DNA of 64,000 nt from NCBI GenBank assembly GCA_000165425.1, contig CT868541.1, forward strand, positions 1 to 64,000. The letters run 5' to 3'. The number at the start of each line of letters is the position of its first letter. Position 1 is the first letter of the stretch. This document shows, in pieces, positions 53,602 through 64,000 of this stretch. Both the position numbers and the translations under genes were made by a program. The notes beneath the pieces were generated by a model, which was given only the letters and a program-made list of their open reading frames with translations, had not been told where the DNA came from and searched no databases. Source of the DNA: Paramecium tetraurelia. Its lineage: Eukaryota.

Positions 53602-56600
53602 ATGGCATAAATTTCATAAAAGCAAAGAGGTGTCTTCTCTGAAGTCTTAGACCCAACTTTACCCAGTGAATACAATGTCAAGAATTACAATCAGGGTCCA
53701 TCACCTGATTTGATCATGACAACCATAAATCGATAAACGATTCCTAAGGCAATCTCCTTGCAACGGTTACAAACATCAAGCTCCAGTAGACAGCAATTGC
53801 GATCTGATTTAGCATCTCGACAAGTACCAAGGAATCAGTTGAAGACAAGACAAAAAAACGAACAAGTTACAAGTGTAGAACCGAAAGTAAATTACTTTAT
53901 GCCATTTTTAGGTGATATTACCATATGATCCCATTCCTGGTGAAGTCCCAAGGAAGGTGGCTATTGATAGAAAAAGAAAGGAGTTTCGATCTCTTGATTT
54001 TAATAGATTACTTCAGGAAGCTGGAATTGAATTTAAATAGAAGGATTAAAGTGTAGAGTGGTTGAAACTTGAATATTTTGATGATACCACATTTGATGAC
54101 AACAGTAATGAAGATTGGATAAGGAGAGAAGAGGATGAAGAAGGAATCAAGCATCCTCTTTTAGGTTTAGGATTGAGAGGAGATGAATATTAATATATGG
54201 AAATATTGGAGTACAAAGATGATAAGTTTATTGGCAAATGGTTGAAAGATGATGTTAAATTAGAATTGCATAGATTATACATTTGTTTTGATGCAGAAGA
54301 TCCACGTAAATATGTCAAAAGATTGAAGAATGCATTTTAGTAGAGGATATTTGCTGATGCTCTTGTTAGATACAACTATTACATAGATAACATGTCCTTG
54401 TTTGATCTCAGTGAATTAGACAATGAATAAAAGAAAAGAATTGAACAGAATGCAAAGACCAAGAAACTAGAAGCTATGGAAACTACTTAATTGCTTCTTG
54501 AAGTTAATATGGATTTCCAGAGAACTATGAATAAGATCATATTTGATAAATACTTAGATGATGAGTAACAAGATGAAAATTATCCAAAATTGAGATTGCC
54601 TGCAAAAGAGAGAAAGAGAGATGTTCGTTATTATGGCTGGATGGAACTTGAAGCATCCAAAGGAGTCATGGAAAAATGGATGTTTAAATATGATGAACCA
54701 TTCATTAGAAAACCTTTGACTTTTGACGAATTAAATAAGAATTTTGGATTTTCCACTTTATATGTGAGTTAAGAGGTTGTCAAGGCTTTATAAGATATCA
54801 GACATGAATGCAATTAAGTTTTAAAAGAGAGTTTGTTTGATTTCTCTAAAAGAGAAGGTGCATTACATTTAGATGAATTCAAACACATGTAAGAAAATGC
54901 AACCACATCATTGATGTATCAATTAAAAGGTACCTGGGTGCCTACTATGATCAAAATTATAAAAGATAGGTTCGCTGAAATTGGAAAGGGATGGTTCAAC
55001 ATGAAAGAAACATCAAAAATCACCTATGACTTTGGTAAATTGAAGCGTATGTTAACAGTTATTAGATTGATGATGCAAGACACAATTACAACACTTATGA
55101 AATCTAATTTCGATAGATATTAAAAGACAATTTAAAGCAATATACCTGTAAATGTAGATATAAAAAACACAGATTGGGTGTTGAATAAATATGATGATGG
55201 ATTTCTGGCAGACAATAGAGTTTAAGTTTTTAGTCATGATAGAAAACTACCCTTATTTTAAATAGAACTATTAGCGAAAGATGATTTCTTCTAATACACC
55301 ACTAATCCAACTTTATATGTCTTAATATCGTTGCAAGCCATGAAGAAAGCTGTTGATGAAATGGCTAAGATTCCAGATTTAGAGCCAAGAATCTTGTCTG
55401 ATTTACATAAATCTCAGAAATTAGAAACATTCATTAAGGCTCCAATGATGCCAATCTAAGAACCTGTGGAACCAGATCCTAACGAAAGACCCAGGAAATT
55501 TGCAGATGAAAATAAATGGGTTTGGGATACGTACTATTGTATCAAAGCATCAATTGAAGATGCCTTATAACCATTGGAGTAATACAAGACTGTTTTTAAT
55601 AAATACATCCCAGTCTTAAAATTGAGACCAGATGATGTGGCTAGAGACATTGAACTAGAAGATCCTCCAAGAGAATTTGAATCAATTCGTGATGAAATCA
55701 TTAAAGCTACTTAGAAGGAAAAATAATTAAATGAAGAAATTTTGGATTCTATTCATGTAGGTATGTTCGAAATACATTTGAATGAAGCTAAAGGAATATT
55801 GATAGAAAGATACTAAGGTCTTTAGAAAAATCTAATTGATCTTATTGCTAGAAGAGCTAGAAATACAAGTATCAGAATATTTTAAGAATTTGGAGATATC
55901 AAGAAGACAATTCTTGAAGAACCAGATACAATAGAAAAGTTGACAATATTAAAGGAATATATAGGAAATTTACCACAGGAGTTGGAGAAGATGAAAATAA
56001 AAATGAATTAATTATTTGATGTGTTCAAAATGTTGGAGGAATTCAATTACAGATTTCCTTTGGACGATTTCCAAAGAAGATGGAAGATTTTTGGAAGTCC
56101 AAAGGAAATAAAGGAGATGGTTGAGGTGAGAAATGGATAATTGGAGAAATTGAAAGTGAAATTCTCAGATGATGCAAAAGTTCAACAAGAAGATTTTAGA
56201 GAGTAGATTGAAAATTTGGAGAGAACTATTCAAGAATTTCATAAACATCAAGATGTGAGCAAGAATAAGGATATGGCTGAAGTGGTTGAATATGTGATGA
56301 AATAAATCAGTGAATTTCAAGAATAAGCTAGCAAATTCAATATGCAAGAGGCATTATTTGATAAACCACAAACTGATTATTCAAAATTGAACTCTATGTC
56401 TAGGGAATTCAAACCCTATTATGATTTATGGTCAAGTACTTATAAATTTAAGAGCGGCATCAAATTATGGTTGAATGATGATTTCATGAATGTTGATGCT
56501 GATGAGTGTGAAAGGATTGTTGAAGAGGGTGTCAAAAATATCTAGACTGCTATGAGAACAATTCAAGTAACAGGTATACAGAAGATTGCTGAGGCAGTAA

Positions 56601-59600
56601 AAGCAGAGATTGATGAATTTAGACCAAAAGTGCCTTTATTGTCAGCTCTTAGGAAAAAAGGTATGACTGTTAGACATTGGACTTAGGTGTCTTAATTGAA
56701 AGGTTTAGATCATGTCATCAATCCAGATGAGTAGGGATTCAATTTTTAGACAATTTTGAATGGTGGGTTCATGGATGTGATTGACAAGGTTGTTAATATT
56801 GGAGAAACTGCTAGTAAAGAGTACTAAATAGAAATGATGCTTGATAATATGCTTAATGCTTGGGAGAATATTAAATTTTAATGTGTTTAATACAAAAACA
56901 CATTTATTCTTAAAGGGTTTGATGAAATTCAGATTGTCTTGGATGAACACATTATTAATACATCAGCAATGGTATTCTCTCCATTTAAGAAATTTTTCGA
57001 AGAAAGAATCAGTGAATGGGATAAGTCATTGAGAAAGATTCAAGATATATTAGAAGAATGGGCTAAATTTTAGTAGTAATGGATGTATTTGCAACCCATT
57101 TTTGATTCTCAAGATATTGCTAAGTAATTGCCTGCAGAAACCAAGAAATTTAAAACAGTTGATCAAACCTGGAGAACTACAGTGACACAGGCCAAGGCAA
57201 AGGAGAAAGTATTGGATGTTTGCATTGAGGATGGGTTATGGGAAAGATTGCATGAAGCCAATAAGACATTGGAAATGGTCCAAAAAGAATTGAACAATTA
57301 TTTGGAAAAGAAAAGAGAGAAGTTTGCAAGATTTTACTTTTTATCTAATGACGAATTGCTAGAAATTTTATCCTAAACTAAAGAACCAACAGCAGTCTAA
57401 CCTCATCTTAAGAAAGTGTTTGAGAATATCAACTCAATAGAATTTGATAAGGATAAGAAAATCCATGCTATGTTTTCAGCTGAAAAGGAGAAAGTACCTT
57501 TTGCCAAAATAGTGGATCCAAACAAAAAGAATGTTGAAGAATGGATGAATGAAGTTGAAAATATGATGAGGTTATCAGTTAGATAAGCATTAATGGTTAG
57601 TATTGAAAATTATACACAAGTAAAAAGAGAAGAATGGGTTTTGAAACACCCAGGTTAATGTGTGTTGAATGGATCGTAAGTGCATTGGACAAAAGAAGTA
57701 GAAGCAGCTATTGATTAATAGAATCTTAAAGGATATTTCAAAAGATTAGAAGATCAACTAGGTTCATTAGTTGATTTGGTTAGAACTAAATTATCAAAAC
57801 AAGCAATGGTTACAATCAATGCTTTGATTGTTATTGATGTGCATGCCAAAGATGTCGTATAGAAGATGGTGGAGAGTGAAGTGTATGACAAATTTGCCTT
57901 TGAATGGATATCGCAATTAAGATATTATTGGGAAAATCAATTGGTAGATTTTGATTGCTGGGTCAAATGTGTATAAACTAATTTCCCATATGGTTATGAA
58001 TATCTAGGAAATACACTCAGATTGGTTATTACACCTTTGACTGATAAATGTTATATGACATTGATGGGTGCGTTAAGATTAAATTTGGGAGGAGCTCCAG
58101 CAGGACCAGCTGGTACTGGTAAAACTGAATCAACTAAGGATTTGGCAAAGGCATTGGCAAAATAATGTGTGGTGTTCAATTGTTCAGACTCTATGGATTT
58201 TATTATGGTTGGCAAGTTCTTTAAGGGATTAGCATCTGCTGGTGCTTGGGCTTGTTTTGATGAGTTCAATCGTATCAATATTGAGGTGTTATCAGTTATT
58301 GCATAGTAATTGCTAGTGCTATTTGGAGAAAAAGCAAAGGGAACTCCTTAAGTAGAATTTGAAGGTTCATTCATTAAAATCTTACCTACTTTTTCAGTGT
58401 TTATTACAATGAATCCTGGTTATGCTGGAAGAACAGAATTACCTGATAATTTGAAGGCACTCTTTAGACCAGTGGCTATGATGGTTCCAGATTATGCTAT
58501 GATTGGTGAAATTATGCTCTATTCATTTGGTTTTAAATTAGGTAGAGATCTATCAAAAAAGATGGTTACTACATTCAAATTGAGTTCAGAATAATTGTCA
58601 TCCCAAGATCACTACGATTATGGTATGAGGGCAGTAAGATCTGTGATTAATGCAGCAGGTCTATTAAAAGTGTAATTCCCAGATATGAATGAAGAATAAT
58701 TATTATTAAGAGCACTTAGAGATGTAAATGTACCTAAATTTTTGAAAGACGATTTACCATTATTTGAAAACATCATCTCAGATTTATTCCCTGGGTTAGA
58801 GAGACCACAATATGATTATGGTAAGTTGATTCCAGAATTATCATTGTAATGCGAGAAGTACGTGTTCAAGGAATAGCCTTATCCTGTTTAACCTGTACAA
58901 CCATTCATTGATAAGGTACTACAACTCTATGATACAATATAAGTCAGACATGGATTGATGTTGGTGGGTCCAACAGGAGGTGGCAAAACAACTAATTACT
59001 AGATCCTCTCAAAATCAATGACAAAGTTAGGAGAAGCCAATGGTTTTTATAAAGTACACACCCACATATTGAATCCTAAATCAATCACTATGGGTTAGTT
59101 ATATGGTCAATTCAATGAATAAACTCATGAATGGACTGATGGAGTTTTGGCCTATATGGTGAGAGAAGCAGTTAAAGACACAAGCTCAGACAGACATTGG
59201 ATAATGTTTGACGGACCTGTCGATGCTTTGTGGATAGAATCCATGAATACTGTATTGGATGACAACAAGAAGCTATGTTTAAATAGTGGTTAAATCTTGA
59301 CATTGACTCAATACATGACCATGATGTTTGAAGTCGAAGATTTGGCTGTTGCTTCACCAGCCACTGTCTCAAGATGTGGTATGGTTTACATGGAGCCTAG
59401 AGCCATGGGTATACAACCATTAATTGATTCCTATGTTTAAAGGTTTCCTACAAACATCAAAAATTAAGAAAAAAGGATGTGTTGAATAATTTGACTAAGT
59501 GGTTCCAATAATATGTGGATGAGGCACTGGAATTTACATACAAGCATTGTAAAGAAGTTATTCCTACAATGAGAAACAATTTAGTTTAATCATAATAGAG

Positions 59601-62600
59601 AATCATTGACAGTTTAATTTCTCCATATGTTGAAACTGAAATTAAGAAAGTCTCAGTTGATGAACTTGATCAATTGAATCAGAATATTGAATACTACTTC
59701 CATTATTCATTAGTTTGGAGCATTATGGTAACAGGAGATTTCTAAAGTAGATAAAAATGTGATAAGTTCCATAGATAATAGATGTAAAAATATAGAGCCA
59801 ATTTTGAATATCCAAAAGAGGGCTTGATTTATGATTACTAACTAAATTTATCACCTTGGAGTGATGCATATTAATCATTTGAAATTGATTAGAAATTATA
59901 ATTCCATGAAATTGTGATTCCTACTACTGATTCCACTCGTAATATGTATTTGATGAAATTGTTACTTACAAATAATTTCCATGTTTGTTGCCCAGGACCA
60001 ACAGGTACAGGTAAATCATAGAATTCATATCAATTATTGATTATGGGTATGCCTGAAGATTTTCAATATGTTCCCTTAACTTTTAGTGCTTAGACATCCG
60101 CAAATCAAACACAAGATACAATTGACTCTTGGATTGACAAAAGAAGAAAAGGAGTTAGAGGGCCTCCAGTTGGAAAGAGATAAGTTATTTTCGTAGATGA
60201 TCTAAACATGCCCAAGAAAGAAGAGTATGGTGCTTAGCCACCAATAGAATTGATCAGATAAATATTAGATCATTAGGGTTGGTATAATAGATAAGATCTG
60301 TAATTTGTGAAATTAGAAGGTTTGCTCATCCTGTCTGCTATGGGACCATCCTGGTGGTGGTAGAAGTAATATTACAGGCAGAGCTGTTCGACACTTCAAT
60401 GTCTTAGCATATACAGAATTGGATGAAGATGTCATTAAATCAATATTTTCAAAAATAATTTAATTTTTCTATAAGAAATTTACTGAACCAGTTTAAATGT
60501 TATAGATGCAACTTATTAATAGTGTGTTAAGCATTTATAATTCAGTCAGAAGAGACTTGTTGCCTACTCCATCAAAAAGTCATTACACCTTCAATCTCAG
60601 AGACATAAACAAAGTGTTTTAAGGAATTTGCAGTATCTTACCTAAAAACTGTTAAGATCCTGCTCAATTAGTTAAACTATGGTATCATGAAAATATGAGA
60701 GTATTCCATGATAGATTGATTAATGAATAAGATCGAGTCTATTTCAAATAACTACTCACTCAATTCTTCGTTGATTTTGGATTGAAATAGGAAGAAGTAT
60801 TAGATTAGGAGAGAATATATCTTTTGTGATTTTCTAGGTAACAGAGACTTAGATGTGAGACCATATGTTTAAGTATAAGGAGATCTTCAATATTTTGTTG
60901 GGTAGATGGAAGAATTATTGGATTAATATAATAAAGATGTTGGAAGTGGCAAGAAATAGATGAAATTAGTTATGTTCTTGGATGCTTGTGAACACATAAC
61001 AAGAATTAGTAGAATTCTAAGACAACCTGGTGGAAATGCTTTATTGCTTGGTATTGGTGGTAGTGGTAGATAATCATTGACTAAGATGGGTACTTATTTG
61101 TAGAATTACAAATAACAATAGATTGAGGTTCTTAAGAATTATAATATGAGGGCTTGGAGAGATGATGTCAAGAAGATTATTATGTTGGCTGGTGTTGAAA
61201 ATAAGTGTGTTTCATTTGTGTTTGTAGATACTCAAATAATCAATGAATAGATGTTGGAAGATATCAATGGTATTTTGAATTCTGGAGATGTCACAAATCT
61301 CTACAATGACAAAGATAATGAGGATATCACTTAGGCTTGTAAAGCCGAATGTATTAAAAAAGGACTTCCTCCTAATAGAATGAATATCTTCTCTGTCTAT
61401 TTGGCAAGAGTCAAAAAGAATATGCATATGGTTATTGCCATGTCACCAATAGGAGATGCGTTTACCACAAGATTAAGAATGTTCCCATCTTTAGTGAACT
61501 GTTGTACTATTGATTGGTTTACTGAATGGCCAGAAGAAGCACTTGAAGGTGTTGGAAGAGGATAACTCGTAGAAGTGGCTTAACAATTAGATTTGGATAT
61601 CAAAAATACAAGATTGGTAGATATGTTCAAGTATATGCATAAATTTGTTGAAAAATTATCATTACAATATAAGTCTGAACTTAGAAGAATTAATTATGTT
61701 ACTCCAACATCTTATTTAGAATTATTGAGTTTATACATCAATATTGTACAAGATAAAAGAAATGACTTAAAAGCTTAGATTCTTAGACTTAAAAATGGTT
61801 TGGATAAATTATAAGATGCAAATAAGGCTGTAGCTGAAATGAAAATAGTCTTGGAGAAAATGTAGCCTGAATTAGAATAAGCATAAATTGAAACAACCAA
61901 GATGATGGAGCATTTGAAAGTGGAAAAAGAAGAAGCTGATCAAACTTAAAGAGTTGTAGCAGTGTAAGAAGCTGAAGCCACTCAATAAGCCAGAGAAGCT
62001 AATTAAGTTGCTTAAGAGGCAGCTGAAAGAGTCAGAGTGGCAAACGAAGAGTTAGCCCAAACATTATTGAAAGTGAAGGAATTATAGAAGGATCACTTGG
62101 TTGAATTGAAATCATTATCATCTCCACCTGAGGCCGTCAAAGTAGTTTTAGCAGGTGTTGTCATACTTACAACTGACTACATTAAGAAGTCTGGAGGTGA
62201 AATTATCACTTAGCCAGTACCTAATTAAATTGGTAAGAAGGAGGAGAATTACTTTGAAACAGCTAAGAAATATTTACTTAATGATGTAAACTCATTGTTA
62301 TAAATGTTGTTGGAAAAGTTTGATAAAGAAAATATCAATCCATCTGCTATTATTAAGATGGAATAGAAAGTTACTTGTCATCCAAAATTCAATCAGAATG
62401 ATGCATTCCAAGGATCCAAAGCTACAGGTTATCTGTTTGGATGGTGTAAATGTATGTATGACTTCTACAAGGTGTATACTGAAACTAAACCTTTAAGAGA
62501 AAAGTTAGCACTTATGACCAAAATTGTGGAAGATAAGAATAAAGAATTAGCAATTAAGAAAAAGGAATTGGATGAGATTAATGCAAAGATAAGAGAATTG

Positions 62601-64000
62601 TAAAGGGTATTCGATGATAAAAAGAAATAATAAGAAGATTTATAGAAGAAGATTAAAGAGTGCGAAGTTAAATTAGAGAGAGCTTAAAAGTTGACTGAAG
62701 GTTTGAGTGATGAAAAGGAGAGATGGGCAAAAGATATTGAAAGTCTTACTAATAGCGGTGGCTTAATACCTGGTAATTCTATTATAGCTGCAGGAATGGT
62801 TGCTTACTCTGGACCATTTATATCATAATATCGTATCAGAATGGAATAAGATTGGAGAGCTAAATTAAAGGAATATAACATTCCTTTCTCCGATTTAATT
62901 ACAATGAGGAAATTCTTAGGTGATGAAGTTAAAATTCAATCATGGAATATTTGTGGATTACCAAAGGATGACACTTCAATTGAAAATGGTATCATAATAG
63001 ACAAGAGTAGAAGATGGACTTTGATGATTGATCCATAATCTTAAGCTAATAAATATATTAAAACTATGGGTAAAGACTTACCAGAAGGATTGGATGTCTT
63101 AAAATAATCAGATTAAAATTTGATGAGAACTTTGGAGTTGGCTATTCAATTTGGTAAATGGGTTTTGGTTGAAAATGTTGGATTATCGTTAGATCCATCT
63201 TTGGAACCTATTCTATTATAATAAATCAGTAAGACTGGAACATCTGCTACAATACAAATTGGAGATAAGAATCTACAATATAATTTTAGTTTCAGATTCT
63301 TCATGACAACCACTCTTCCAAATCCTCATTATTCTCCTGAAACTTCAGTTAAAGTAACCATTATTAACTTTGCAATTACTCCACTAGGATTAGAAGAACA
63401 GATGTTGGCATAGATTGTGGCATTAGTGAATCCTAATTTAGAAAATAAAAAGACTGAAATAGTTAGAAAGAATGCATAAGATAAGAAAGAATTAGTTAAC
63501 ATAGAAGATAGTATTTTAAGAAGTTTGTCTGAAACCAAGGGAGATATTTCAGAAATATTGATGGATGAGACTCTCATCAATAAATTATAAAATTCAAAGA
63601 AATTTGCTGCTGAAATTAATCAAAGAGTGAAGGATTCTAAAATAACTGAAGCTCAAATAGATGAAGCTAGAGAATCATATAGATCAGTTGCATTCAGAGC
63701 TTCATTACTTTTCTTCTGTATTATAGATTTATCTACAATTGATCCAATGTATTAATACTCTTTATAATGGTTCATCAATTTATTCACTTTAGGTGTTTAA
63801 AATGCACCTGCATCATAGGTGTTGGAAGAGAGATTGGTTCATCTCAATAACTTCTTCACTTACATGTTATATGAAAATGTTTGTAGATCATTATTTGAAA
63901 AGCACAAATTACTATTTTCATTTATGCTGACATATAAAATACTGAGTGCTGCTCATAAAATGAATGAAGGAGAATGGAGATATTTGTTATAAGGTGCTAC
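53602..64000 (+). CDS. Axonemal dynein heavy chain, single-headed inner-arm, DNAH1-type; continues beyond the window
   Basis: N-terminal [16 protein letters not shown]...[24 protein letters not shown]1 GPAGTGKT (about 58102); P2 GPTGGGKT; P3 GPTGTGKS; P4 GIGGSGRQ; stalk; AAA5 [10 protein letters not shown]. Introns at about 53887-53911 and 59443-59468. Two apparent +1 frameshifts at 60349 and 60818. Confidence 0.93.

Noticed and set aside
60811..60822. ATATAT at the dynein frameshift as an IES excision scar or Euplotes-type programmed frameshift
   Set aside because: It is a single-base insertion with no AAA-TAR slippery motif and no IES-like segment. A sequencing error is more likely.

Overview
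AT-rich, gene-dense eukaryotic DNA from a ciliate macronucleus, very likely Paramecium (P. tetraurelia-like). TAA/TAG encode Gln, TGA is the only stop, introns are tiny (20-35 nt, GT..AG) and intergenic spacers are very short. The supplied standard-code ORF track therefore breaks real genes into fragments, so I retranslated by eye with translation table 6. About 23 apparently intact genes (two cut by the window edges) and 5 degraded or doubtful loci are visible. In order: a giant Cys-rich surface/membrane protein (cut by the left edge, with an N-gap), a decayed SNF transporter, a decayed GGGxY-repeat gene, two tandem hybrid histidine kinases, a 4-domain voltage-gated cation (Cav-like) channel with an unusual pore, a syntaxin-like protein, a third hybrid histidine kinase, a polytopic RBR E3 ligase, a ciliate TM-family protein, a multi-RING protein, a Zn-ADH, a paraoxonase-like protein, a Myb-like protein, PP4 (PPX), hypothetical proteins, a divergent pair of SAXO/Mn-repeat genes, a MORN pseudogene, a trichocyst matrix protein, PP2C, a CDPK head-to-head with an OLA1/YchF gene (ATGs 10 bp apart), a VHS-GAT protein and a DNAH1-type axonemal dynein heavy chain (cut by the right edge). 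I saw no RNA genes, CRISPR arrays or transposons. The best candidate for an undescribed system is the 11.4-26.5 kb block of three non-canonical hybrid histidine kinases flanking an atypical-filter channel. Exon boundaries were read manually and may be off by a few bases.
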